NCBI GenBank assembly: GCA_964493325.1
Contig: CAZBMD010000001.1
Location: 59,021 to 123,020, forward strand
Origin: an uncultured Pseudomonadota bacterium
GTDB lineage: Bacteria > Babelota > Babeliae > Babelales > RVW-14
DNA length: 64,000 nucleotides
Reading direction: 5' to 3'
Part shown: piece by piece, positions 27,858-37,290 of the stretch
How the letters are laid out: each line of letters opens with the position of its first letter
Position numbering within the stretch: position 1 is the stretch's first letter
Program-made: the position numbers and the translations under genes
Notes under the pieces: model-generated
Seen by the model: the letters and a program-made list of their open reading frames with translations, nothing else
Told to the model about the DNA's origin: nothing
Database searches by the model: none

Positions 27858-29024
27858 TTATCCCACAAGATGTGAATATAATTTCTTATGTTCCTTAACC
27901 ATAAATTTTTGCTGAAATGGATCGAGTAAATCAGGATGCGTTCTCATTGAAGCGCAAAGATTTTCATCATTAGTAAGCTCCAAAAGTTTTTCTCCAAATT
28001 CATGCCACTGACCAACAGGAACAAGAAAACCATTTTTATAATTTTCGACAACTTCTGCAATACCTCCAACATCATAAGCAACAACAGGAAGCCCGCACAA
28101 ACGCGCTTCAACCACAGCACAGGGCAAGCCCTCCCAAAGCGAACTAAGAGCAAAAACTTTCCAAGAGCGCATTATCGTTGCAACATCTTGTTGCCATCCC
28201 AAAAGTTCAATGTGAGTCGCAAGCTTATTTTGCACTATCCACGACTGAATTTTATCTCGCAGCTGCCCGTCACCGATAATTTGAAGTAATAGCCTTTTTT
28301 TAAGCACCGGACGAGCATTGTCATAAACAAATTTAAAAGAACGAAGAAGGTCAAAAATATTTTTTTGAGGCTTAAAACATGAAACGGTACCAATCACAAA
28401 CAAATTCGAATCTTCAATCAATAAAGCATCTTTTTGAGCTGGAGAAAAAAAATGTACATCATCAATAGCTGCTCGAATAATTGAGCTTTTTTTTGAAAAA
28501 AAAGGAAATAATCGCGTTCCCGTAATACGATCTTTTTCGGAAACACAAATAAAATGAGTCGTTATTAAGCTCGAAAAATATTCAACAAGAACAATTGCAA
28601 ACCACTTTATCGCTGATTGATGATCATGAAACCCATAGCCATGAACCGTATGCACCCGATGTTTGATCCCCGCAAAAAAAGCTGCCCAACGCCCCAAAAT
28701 TCCAGCCTTCGTGCTATGGGTATGAACAACAATCGAAGGATGCTTTGCTTTTAATTTTCTGAGCTGGAAGATGATATCAAAAAATGCCTTTATTTCTTGA
28801 AAAGCGCTTTTGATGCCAACTTCACGTGTAAGGCTTTTTAGAAGACATACTGACGAAAATTGCTCTACCTGAGGAATCAATTCGCCCTGATTACCAGAAA
28901 TCAGCGAGCATGATACATCAGATTGATTCATACCCCGCATAAGCGCAAGGCAAACTTTTTGAGCACCTCCAAGCTCAAGCTTGGTAATGATATAGACAAC
29001 ATGTACAGAACCAGGCGTCTTCAT
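27858..29024 (-). CDS. glycosyltransferase family 4 (GT-B)
   Basis: 388 aa with LELGGAQKV at the N-terminus and EGLPCAVVEARLCGLPVVAYDVGGIAEVV (E-x7-E type motif). RBS ggagg. Starts 31 nt after the fused c-subunit gene. Confidence 0.8.
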   Translation of the reverse strand: MKTPGSVHVVYIITKLELGGAQKVCLALMRGMNQSDVSCSLISGNQGELIPQVEQFSSVCLLKSLTREVGIKSAFQEIKAFFDIIFQLRKLKAKHPSIVVHTHSTKAGILGRWAAFFAGIKHRVHTVHGYGFHDHQSAIKWFAIVLVEYFSSLITTHFICVSEKDRITGTRLFPFFSKKSSIIRAAIDDVHFFSPAQKDALLIEDSNLFVIGTVSCFKPQKNIFDLLRSFKFVYDNARPVLKKRLLLQIIGDGQLRDKIQSWIVQNKLATHIELLGWQQDVATIMRSWKVFALSSLWEGLPCAVVEARLCGLPVVAYDVGGIAEVVENYKNGFLVPVGQWHEFGEKLLELTNDENLCASMRTHPDLLDPFQQKFMVKEHKKLYSHLVG

Positions 29025-29055
29025 CCCGCCTCCTTTTAACTGTTGAACTTTGTCA

Positions 29056-30015
29056 TCAATTTCGTATCAAAAGCAGAGCTACAACCATTGCATAAACCAC
29101 TGAAGATTCAATAAAGGCTATTGCAAGAAGAGTTGTTCGTAGAAGCGTAGAATATTGCGAAGGTTCACTTGCAAGATGACAAGCACTACGCGAAGCAACA
29201 TACCCCATTCCAATACCTGGCCCTAAAGAACCAACTCCCATAGCAAAAGCCGCTACCACAAAAGGCATTATAGCTGTTACAAGAGATGTTGCATTGGGAG
29301 CAATTGGAGAAAAAATAATCAAAAGACTAAACAAAAGACAAAATGCTAAAGGAGTTTCGATAACCGCTTGGCACAAAATAGTAAAAGGGAATATTTTGCT
29401 GTAGGCATTTTTAAACAATCCCATTGTCCTGCAACTTGCTGATGCAAGCATTGCCTGACCAACAGACGGCCCCCAGCAACCAATAGCCATACAGGCTCCT
29501 GAAGCAAGCAATTTAAGACTTTCCGCAAGCTCTAACTCACTTGTTATGCGCATACGAATGAGCAAACTAATAATAAAGGCAAACATTACAGGAGCTTCAA
29601 TAATTGACTGTGTAACCAGCATAAGCGTTGAAATCTTCTGAGCGATAAAAGGCTGCCGAGCAATAGATTGCGTAGCTGAGCGAACAACAAAACTGGAGGC
29701 TATCCCAACAGTTGCAGCAGCACTACTGACTGCAATAGCCATCCCAAGTTCGGCAAGAGCAATCGGAAGTGTTATGACTTCTGGCGCACCAAAAATCAAA
29801 ATCAGCGCTGTAACAAGGGCAATAATTGCTCCACTTTCGATAAGAGCAAGTCCAATAAGCATAGTTTTAAAACAAGACTCATTACTAATTGGTTGGCGAG
29901 TTGTTGCTTGAATAGTACTCAATCCGGCAAGACCAAGACCTATTCCTCCCCCAATACCACCAAAGACAATAGTGAGGCCTATTGATAGATGATGAATATC
30001 ATGCGGTGAAATCAT
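29056..30015 (-). CDS. atpE: F-type ATP synthase c-subunit, four hairpins fused in one 319-aa polypeptide
   Basis: 80-aa periodicity. Carboxylates E60, E140, E220 and E303 sit in LIESGAI, IIEAPVM, VIETPLA and FIESSVV. RQP loops at 40-42 and 120-122. Gly-rich first helices (GGIGGGIGLG, GSLGPGIGMGY). The start overlaps the atpB stop (ATGA). Confidence 0.8.
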   Translation of the reverse strand: MISPHDIHHLSIGLTIVFGGIGGGIGLGLAGLSTIQATTRQPISNESCFKTMLIGLALIESGAIIALVTALILIFGAPEVITLPIALAELGMAIAVSSAAATVGIASSFVVRSATQSIARQPFIAQKISTLMLVTQSIIEAPVMFAFIISLLIRMRITSELELAESLKLLASGACMAIGCWGPSVGQAMLASASCRTMGLFKNAYSKIFPFTILCQAVIETPLAFCLLFSLLIIFSPIAPNATSLVTAIMPFVVAAFAMGVGSLGPGIGMGYVASRSACHLASEPSQYSTLLRTTLLAIAFIESSVVYAMVVALLLIRN

Positions 30016-30875
30016 GCATGCTCCTTAGGCGCTTGCTGATCCTCTGCTACATGGTCATCATCTTCATGCTGAATACCAATTGCAAGATAGGTGGCAGTAA
30101 GCATAGTCAATACATATGATTGAATCATACCTTCAAAAATACCAAACCCCATTTGTAGCCAAGAGAGCGCAAGAATAACATGAAGCGCCAACCCTGATAC
30201 AACTCTAAAGACTGAATATTGCTGATCAAGATTAAATAGCTTAATCAAAACAATGATAGGCAAAGCTATTAGCGTGAACGACATAAAATAAAACTTATGA
30301 ATACCAACAAATTCAATCATCATAATTAAAATAACGCCCCCACCCAAGATATTACCAAAAAGTCGAAACGTCATAGAGGCTATTTTGGCAAGATCACCAA
30401 TAATGTGCATAGGAGCCATGACAATCGAAGGTGTTGCAAATTCTCTCAAAAATCCACTCAGATGATGAACTTTAATTTTTTGGTATTGAACATAGATAAA
30501 ACTTGTCATAGCAAGCGCAAAGGTTGTATTTAAATCTTTTGTAGCCTCATCCAAAAAAGGTATCAACCCAACCAAGCAGGCTGCAAACGTAAATGTAAAG
30601 ATTGATGCTATGAAGGCAAAATAACGATAATTAAACGCTGAGAATGCTTCTTCGCTCATGTTGACAAACAATAAAACAAATTTTTCATAGACAGTTGCGG
30701 CAAGACTAAATTCTTTTTTGATTGCCTTACGACCAAAAAGAACAAAGCAAAACAACAATGCCATGGCAATCCATGTATGAATAAGCGTCTCAATATTTAA
30801 AGACCAAAAATCTCCTGTAAGCCCAAGCCATGCAAATGGCTGAACGGTATGGTAATCAAAAAGTGATAAATTCAT
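30012..30875 (-). CDS. atpB: F-type ATP synthase a-subunit
   Basis: The ATG at 30875 gives MNLSLFDYH... FWSLNIETL, DLNTTFALAM, the essential Arg motif FRLFGNILGG and the final helix IQSYVLTMLTATYLA parallel E. coli AtpB landmarks. Confidence 0.85.
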   Translation of the reverse strand: MNLSLFDYHTVQPFAWLGLTGDFWSLNIETLIHTWIAMALLFCFVLFGRKAIKKEFSLAATVYEKFVLLFVNMSEEAFSAFNYRYFAFIASIFTFTFAACLVGLIPFLDEATKDLNTTFALAMTSFIYVQYQKIKVHHLSGFLREFATPSIVMAPMHIIGDLAKIASMTFRLFGNILGGGVILIMMIEFVGIHKFYFMSFTLIALPIIVLIKLFNLDQQYSVFRVVSGLALHVILALSWLQMGFGIFEGMIQSYVLTMLTATYLAIGIQHEDDDHVAEDQQAPKEHA

Positions 30876-30877
30876 AA

Positions 30878-31171
30878 TTAAGCCTTTACCTTGATACAAA
30901 TCGATCCTATAAAACAAAGAAAGAAAAGCGTCAAAAAGTAAGTGAAATTTATTGCCACGCTGGACATCAGTATAACCAAAGATGCAAAAAGAAGTGTAAT
31001 TCTCAAAATATAATTGAAAAATAATGCAATAAAAACCTGCCGATGGTTCATATCTTGCATATCTATAGAGCTTTTATTATGGGCGCGGATATGCATTGAC
31101 TTAAAAAGTCTTCCGTAAGCAACCCCAAAACATACTCCAAGCACCGACGATATAAATACAGCTCCAACCAT
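30878..31171 (-). CDS. small integral membrane protein (possible AtpI/AtpR-like accessory)
   Basis: 97 aa with about 3 hydrophobic helices. Its stop lies 2 nt before the atpB ATG. Assignment rests on position only. Confidence 0.4.
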   Translation of the reverse strand: MVGAVFISSVLGVCFGVAYGRLFKSMHIRAHNKSSIDMQDMNHRQVFIALFFNYILRITLLFASLVILMSSVAINFTYFLTLFFLCFIGSICIKVKA

Positions 31172-31502
31172 CAAAAAAGCCTTTTATCTTGTGATTAAGC
31201 AACCCGGTAAGCACTACAAGCCAAACCAACAAATCCACACGGCAATCTTAGGGCTAATTTTTCATCAGGGCAAGCATTGATAATTTTATTTCCCAAACAA
31301 TCATAAACAAACAGAAATAAAAGACTTTTTAGTTATTTTATCCATGTATTGATTTTCAATTAATAATAAATTTAAGATAAAAGTGCAAAGTTAAAGGATA
31401 AAAAAATAGATCGATAATAATGATATTTGAAGTAATCAAATTTTAGACGGGAGACGTTTTCCAAAAACTAGGTGGAAAACATTGTTAGGGGGAGAATTTG
31501 TT

Positions 31503-32027
31503 ATGAATATGAAAAATAACGTAAAAATCGTAATTTTTTTAGGAGTGGCGATTGCGTTAGGAATCTCGCTAGCAAACTCTACAACCGGAACTAAAAAAGT
31601 GGCAAAAATGCCTATTCCAATTGCTAATGGTTGGTACACCCTTGGAGGTCTTTTTGACTTAATCAATACAAATAATCCTTCAAAAAATTCAAATTTCCTC
31701 GTCCTCGTCAATGGCTCCACCCAATCTGCTAGCGTAGCAGGGTTATCAACTCAATACATCATCGCAAACCGAGCTGCAATGGTACAGTTACTTGCCGATG
31801 AGGATCGCATCAACCAGTTAACAAGCGCTGGCAGCCTAACAACCATAACCAAACCGTACTACCAAAGACTATTGCTTTATTTCAAACTACCCAATTCAAC
31901 ATACAAATTTTACCTGAATGATCCTACTCCAGGGAAAGTAGTAAACACTGCCAGAGGAACTACCAACCCAGCCCTCAACATTATTAATAAGTGGGATTTT
32001 ACAAAATACATACCATCAATGCGGTAA
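31503..32027 (+). CDS. secreted protein, paralog A of a tandem pair
   Basis: The ATG at 31503 follows gggggag and a signal peptide is present. Shares YTLG.LF.LINTNN, NSNFLVL, MVQL.AD..RI.QLTS and TNPALNIINKWDF with the next gene. Confidence 0.65.
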   Translation: MNMKNNVKIVIFLGVAIALGISLANSTTGTKKVAKMPIPIANGWYTLGGLFDLINTNNPSKNSNFLVLVNGSTQSASVAGLSTQYIIANRAAMVQLLADEDRINQLTSAGSLTTITKPYYQRLLLYFKLPNSTYKFYLNDPTPGKVVNTARGTTNPALNIINKWDFTKYIPSMR

Positions 32028-32076
32028 TAAAAAGACTTAATTGAAAAATAGAGAATACACAGTAGGGGGAACGATT

Positions 32077-32616
32077 ATGAAGACTAACAAGATACTATTC
32101 GCTCTAGGACTTGGATGCTTATTCGCTGTATCGAGCATTTCAGAAGTCAGCACGGGAACACCAAAAACAATGAACAGACGATCAATAAAAAAGGGTACTA
32201 AAAAATTGCCTGTACCAGTTGCAGGCAAAGAATACACCCTGGGAGCTCTGTTTAATTTGATCAATACAAACAACGCATCAGGTAACTCAAATTTCTTAGT
32301 TCTTGATAAGAATGGTGTTTCACGCTCAGCATCAACTGTTGGCGTTTCATTGTCATACATTCAAGAAAACGCAGACACCATGGTTCAGCTTAATGCGGAT
32401 ACTGAGCGTATCAGTCAATTAACATCAAAAGGTGTATTGACAAGCAAAACTGCACCACAATATAGCAAAATACTACTCTATTTTGAGCTTGATGGCATAC
32501 CTGGTCGCTTGTATATTAATGACCCTGCACCAGGCAAAGTCATTAAAAGCTCTTTTAAAGAAACAAATCCAGCATTGAATATTATCAATAAATGGGATTT
32601 TAGTAAGTCATTCTAA
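32077..32616 (+). CDS. secreted protein, paralog B of a tandem pair
   Basis: The ATG at 32077 follows ggggga and a signal peptide is present. Same conserved blocks as 31503..32027. Confidence 0.65.
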   Translation: MKTNKILFALGLGCLFAVSSISEVSTGTPKTMNRRSIKKGTKKLPVPVAGKEYTLGALFNLINTNNASGNSNFLVLDKNGVSRSASTVGVSLSYIQENADTMVQLNADTERISQLTSKGVLTSKTAPQYSKILLYFELDGIPGRLYINDPAPGKVIKSSFKETNPALNIINKWDFSKSF

Positions 32617-32620
32617 AAGC

Positions 32621-32649
32621 AAAAGGGGCGGTTATTAGCCGCCCCTTTT
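32621..32649. terminator. bidirectional intrinsic terminator
   Basis: aaaaggggcgg-ttatta-gccgcccctttt: a GC-rich 7-bp core stem flanked by A and T runs, between convergent genes. Confidence 0.75.
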
Positions 32650-32669
32650 GTGAATAATTTCAAAAAATA

Positions 32670-34739
32670 TCATAAATAATCACGTGAAATAACTTCATTA
32701 AAACTTTTTCTTGCGTAACAAAACTCATCTTCAAAAACGTCTAAAGTGCCTGTTAAGAAAAAATTTTCCTGATTAGATTTCATTTCCACGCGCGATTTGA
32801 TGACAAACTTCACATCTTTTCGAAGCATTTCATAATTTTGAGTTAACACATAACATGCTGACAATGGATCATCTTTATCAATAGTAAGTTCTCGCTTTAA
32901 ATCATGTATAAAAGTCACACCAACATCATCAAGACGTATAACATCTCCACCAAACATACCACCCTTACCATCAGTAATATATGTAGTCTTACCTGTTAGA
33001 AGATCGAATCTTACAGAACGATCTAAGCTTCCTTCAGCAACTTTTGTCGTTGCCGAAACACATACTGGTCTTGGCAAATCAAAGTGGATCAATGCATCTT
33101 CTTGACGTGACAAGCGAACTGGCAACATAAGAAAGCTTTCTTGAGTACTGATAGTAAGCGTTGCCGCCTCAGGCGCAGGCCAAATCAAAGGCCAATAAGT
33201 TGTTGAGAGAGCTACCCTCAAACAATGACCAGCAGGAATTGCGTACCCACAGTCATTAAGCTTTATTTTGATCTGATAAAACAAACCTGGCTCTAGATAG
33301 TCAGGATGCTCATGACTGTTGCGGTGAGTAAGGTTTAAAACCTGATACGATATTCTGCGCGAAGACCCATCAGGAGAAACATCACAAAGGCGCGCGCAGA
33401 TGTGAGCAATTGGCTTATCTGATGCGATATTCAAAACCAATTCAGGAGATCCAAGCAGCTCAAAGCGTTCCTTTAATGGCAACGTATCAAATGTCAATGA
33501 GCAACCATCATCCAACCGCTGGTCAAGTGGCATATCGCCCGGCACTCCAACGCCCATCCACTCCCCAACGGCCAACCCTGTGAATTGGGGTGATTTAATT
33601 GAAAGCTCTGCTGTCTCATCTAATTGCTTACGGCTAAGCCCTTGTAATGAAAAATATAAACACTGTTTTTCAATACGTTGAGATGGCCACACATCCTCAC
33701 CTACCCAGCGCCCTGGGGCGGGGTCTCGCCATCCAGCAGGAGGCGACCATTCTTCTATGTATGCTCGCAGCATAGGCTCTTTCATAATACCAGTATCTTT
33801 ACCCTTGAGCCAATGGTCCCACCAGCGAAGAGCTTCATTAAGAAAATCAATCGCAGGACCTGGTACTCCATCGTCGGGATAAAGATGCGCCCACGGACCA
33901 ATTAAACCAAGACGTGGCACTAGAAGACTTTCAAGCATACGTGGAATAGCATTAGAGTAAGCATCTGTCCAACCTCCTATTGCAAAAACAGGACATTTAA
34001 TATTACTCCAATTTTCACAAACAGAACCATGTTGCCAATAAGCATCTCGCCGTTGATGTTTGAGCCAAAGTGCTGGCCAAAAAGGCATCTTTTCAATACG
34101 CTCAAGCAATTGCTGTCGCCATTGATCACCAACTAGCTCTGGATCAGCAGGTCTTGCCTGATAAGCAAGCATAATCGCTCCCCACCACAAATTATCATTG
34201 AGCAAACATCCTCCCATATAATGAATATCATCAGCATAACGATCATCAGTTGAACAAACCGTAATAATCGCTTTCAATGATTGAGGCTGACATGCTGCAA
34301 TTTGGAGTGCATTAAAACCTCCCCATGATTTACCCATTATTCCAATAGAACCAGAACACCATGGCTGCTGAGCGATCCAATCAATAACTTCAAGAGCATC
34401 ATCTTGCTCTTTTTTTAGATATTCATCATCAAGAAATCCGTCAGACTCTCCTGAGCCACGCAGATCAACACGAAGACACGCATAACCTTCTCTGGCAAAA
34501 AAGTCATATTTCGATTCATCTCGTAAACGAGTTCCATCTCGCTTGCGATAAGGAATGTACTCAAGGATTGCAGGAACTGGTTCTTGAATAGCTGTTTCAG
34601 GAATCCAAACTCGAGCAGCCAACCGCGTGCCATCAGCAAGAGGAATCCAGGTATGCTCAATTACTTCGAAGGATTGTGCACAAACAATGCTTGCCGAAAA
34701 AATCAAGATGCTATAAAACAATTTTTTTTTAAACAACAC
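32670..34739 (-). CDS. CocE/NonD-family serine hydrolase (X-Pro dipeptidyl-peptidase S15-like), secreted
   Basis: 689 aa with a signal peptide. Contains PAILEYIPYRKRDGT, DLRGSGESDG and the nucleophile motif GKSWGG. Confidence 0.85.
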   Translation of the reverse strand: MLFKKKLFYSILIFSASIVCAQSFEVIEHTWIPLADGTRLAARVWIPETAIQEPVPAILEYIPYRKRDGTRLRDESKYDFFAREGYACLRVDLRGSGESDGFLDDEYLKKEQDDALEVIDWIAQQPWCSGSIGIMGKSWGGFNALQIAACQPQSLKAIITVCSTDDRYADDIHYMGGCLLNDNLWWGAIMLAYQARPADPELVGDQWRQQLLERIEKMPFWPALWLKHQRRDAYWQHGSVCENWSNIKCPVFAIGGWTDAYSNAIPRMLESLLVPRLGLIGPWAHLYPDDGVPGPAIDFLNEALRWWDHWLKGKDTGIMKEPMLRAYIEEWSPPAGWRDPAPGRWVGEDVWPSQRIEKQCLYFSLQGLSRKQLDETAELSIKSPQFTGLAVGEWMGVGVPGDMPLDQRLDDGCSLTFDTLPLKERFELLGSPELVLNIASDKPIAHICARLCDVSPDGSSRRISYQVLNLTHRNSHEHPDYLEPGLFYQIKIKLNDCGYAIPAGHCLRVALSTTYWPLIWPAPEAATLTISTQESFLMLPVRLSRQEDALIHFDLPRPVCVSATTKVAEGSLDRSVRFDLLTGKTTYITDGKGGMFGGDVIRLDDVGVTFIHDLKRELTIDKDDPLSACYVLTQNYEMLRKDVKFVIKSRVEMKSNQENFFLTGTLDVFEDEFCYARKSFNEVISRDYL

Positions 34740-34802
34740 AAAACCTCTCCTTACCCTTTCTTCATTAAATACAACTCACTAGTATTAATGATAATTGTCT
34801 AT

Positions 34803-37190
34803 CTACTCACCAAGTAACATGATTTCTTTCAAAATAGTGTCAGGGTTAAGCGAGATTGAATCGATACCAAGCTTGACCAAAAATTCGGCAAATTCTGGAT
34901 AATCTGACGGAGCTTGTCCACAAATGCCAATTTTTTTACCATTGCGCTTTGCGCCAGTAATTGCCATCTCGAGCATCAAAAGAACCGCTTTATTCCGCTC
35001 ATCAAACACATGAGCAACCAGTGCCGAGTCTCGATCAACAGCCAATGTCATTTGCGTTAAATCGTTTGACCCAATCGAAAACCCATCAAAGACTTTACTA
35101 AAATCATCAATGAGTAAAACATTGGAAGGAATCTCGCACATCATATAAATTTGCAGGCCATTTTCTCCTTGTACCAAGCCATGACTTTTCATAACAGCAA
35201 TTACTTGCTCAGCTTCGTCTACCGTTCGGACAAACGGGAGCATTAAAATTACGTTAGTCAGACCCATTTCGTCTCGAATTTTTTTCATGGCGTGGCATTC
35301 AAGCGCAAATGCTTCTTTATAACTTGGATGATAGTAGCGTGACGCACCGCGAAAACCGATCATTGGGTTTTCTTCGATCGGTTCAAAGACACTCCCAGCA
35401 AAAAGCTTGCTGTACTCATTGCTTTTAAAATCAGAAAGGCGAATAATCACCGGCTCTGGGTAAAATGCCGCAGCAATAGTTCCAGCTTCTTGAGCTAGCT
35501 TATCGATAAAGTAACGTTTTTTATCTTGGTAATGTACAGTCAGCTGATCAAAAATCTTTTTATCTTCAGGATCTTGTATGCGCTCTGAATGAACAAGCGC
35601 CATAGGATGAAGCTGAATTGCGTTGTTGATGATAAACTCAAGGCGCGCAAGACCAACACCGCTGTGAGGCAATTTTGCAAGATTAAAAGCTTCGTCAGGG
35701 TTGGCAACGTTCATCATTAGTTTGACAGGTGGTGTCTTGAGCGTTGTCAGTTCAATAGCTTTAAGCTCAAATGGCAAGGTACCTGCATACACCGAGCCTA
35801 CTTCTCCATTGCTGCAATCAAGCGTAATTGCTTGGCCATCTTTAATTTTTGACGTTCCATCTTGCGTACCAACAACCGCTGGAATACCTATTTCTCGACT
35901 GATGATCGCAGCATGACACGTACGACCACCACGGTTTGTTACAATGCCTGCAGCACGCTTCATAACTGGCTCCCAATCAGGGTCAGTCATGTCGGTAACA
36001 ATAATGTCACCAGCTTGAACAAGATTCATATCTTTGGCCGAAGCAATGACCCGTGCAAGGCCTGTTGCAATACGCCTACCCACACTTTTACCAACAACAA
36101 GCAACTGTTCTTTCCCTGCTGCAGATTTATCGAGCACATACTCTTCAAGCTTGGTCTGATGCTGTTTTTGTGAATGAATAGTTTCTGGCCGCGCTTGCAC
36201 AATGTAAAGCTTGCCATCAATACCATCCTTGGCCCACTCAATGTCCATCGGACACCACACCCCTTTTTGAGTTGAGTAGTACTGTTCAATAATCAGCGCT
36301 TGCTGCGCAAGAAACAATACCTCATCATCGGTGAGTGAAAAATGTGAGCGCTCGTCCGGCGAAGTATCAAGATTGCGCGTTTTTTCTTTGCCACTTGCAT
36401 ATTCCATGCGGAGCAATTTGCTTCCTAATCTTTTTTTGAGCAGAGGCTTAAAGCCTTTGGCAAGTGTTGGTTTGTGAACATAAAATTCATCTGGATTCAC
36501 CGCTCCTTGAACAATATTTTCACCAAGGCCGTACGAAGAGGTTATATAAACAACATCTTTAAATCCACTCTCGGTATCAAGCGTAAAAATAACACCGGAA
36601 CAAGCCTTATCTGAGCGAATCATTTTTTGAACGCCAATAGAAAGAGCAACGCTCATGTGATCAAAGTCATTATCAATGCGATACGAAATTGCCCGATCGG
36701 TAAACAATGAAGCAAAAGCTGCAGGAACGCAAGCAAGCAGCTCTTCTGGGCCTTTGATATTAAGATAGGTTTCTTGTTGACCAGCAAAGGACGCTTGCGG
36801 TAAATCTTCGGCAGTTGCTGATGAGCGCACAGCAACATCACACAACTTCCCATACATCTTTTCTAATGCTGCGTATGCCTGAGTAATTTCTAGAGCAAGA
36901 TCCTGAGGAACAGAAGCATTGCGCATGAGCGTGCGCACTTCTTGCCCAATGCGAGAAAATTCTCCCAGGTGATCTTTATCAAGAGTAGAAAGCAACTTGG
37001 TAATTGGTTTTTTGAGTGAATTACTTTCAAGAAAGTATTCATAAGCTTCTGCGGTAATGGCAAATCCAGTTGGAACCTGCACACCTTGTTGCTTTAAATT
37101 GCAAATCATCTCTCCAAGAGAAGCGTTCTTTCCGCCAACAAGATTGATGTCTTTTAGACCGATCTCTTCGAATAATTTTATAAATTTCAT
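34803..37190 (-). CDS. ppsA: phosphoenolpyruvate synthase (pyruvate, water dikinase)
   Basis: MKFIKLFEEIGLKDINLVGGKNASLGEM, the phosphohistidine region GGRTCHAAIISRE and a C-terminal PEP-utilising TIM-barrel domain. An alternative ATG lies at 37220. Confidence 0.95.
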   Translation of the reverse strand: MKFIKLFEEIGLKDINLVGGKNASLGEMICNLKQQGVQVPTGFAITAEAYEYFLESNSLKKPITKLLSTLDKDHLGEFSRIGQEVRTLMRNASVPQDLALEITQAYAALEKMYGKLCDVAVRSSATAEDLPQASFAGQQETYLNIKGPEELLACVPAAFASLFTDRAISYRIDNDFDHMSVALSIGVQKMIRSDKACSGVIFTLDTESGFKDVVYITSSYGLGENIVQGAVNPDEFYVHKPTLAKGFKPLLKKRLGSKLLRMEYASGKEKTRNLDTSPDERSHFSLTDDEVLFLAQQALIIEQYYSTQKGVWCPMDIEWAKDGIDGKLYIVQARPETIHSQKQHQTKLEEYVLDKSAAGKEQLLVVGKSVGRRIATGLARVIASAKDMNLVQAGDIIVTDMTDPDWEPVMKRAAGIVTNRGGRTCHAAIISREIGIPAVVGTQDGTSKIKDGQAITLDCSNGEVGSVYAGTLPFELKAIELTTLKTPPVKLMMNVANPDEAFNLAKLPHSGVGLARLEFIINNAIQLHPMALVHSERIQDPEDKKIFDQLTVHYQDKKRYFIDKLAQEAGTIAAAFYPEPVIIRLSDFKSNEYSKLFAGSVFEPIEENPMIGFRGASRYYHPSYKEAFALECHAMKKIRDEMGLTNVILMLPFVRTVDEAEQVIAVMKSHGLVQGENGLQIYMMCEIPSNVLLIDDFSKVFDGFSIGSNDLTQMTLAVDRDSALVAHVFDERNKAVLLMLEMAITGAKRNGKKIGICGQAPSDYPEFAEFLVKLGIDSISLNPDTILKEIMLLGE

Positions 37191-37290
37191 ACACTGATCC
37201 TTTGGGGCTTGTATGCCCATCTACTCAGATTGGATAAATAGCGCCTAAGCGTAGAGAAAACTATACCAAGAGCGAGAAAAAAGGAATAGT

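Noticed and set aside
29056-30015. The possibility that the 4x c-subunit is a collapsed or expanded tandem-repeat assembly artefact
   Set aside because: The four hairpins are strongly diverged from one another at the protein level, with different loops and flanks. Simple repeat misassembly is therefore unlikely, though read-level confirmation is still advisable.
32670-34739. CocE/NonD hydrolase as a horizontally acquired gene, based on apparently higher GC
   Set aside because: GC was judged by eye only. Other conserved genes such as ppsA and groEL look similarly GC-enriched relative to the intergenic and lineage-specific genes, so composition alone does not support HGT.
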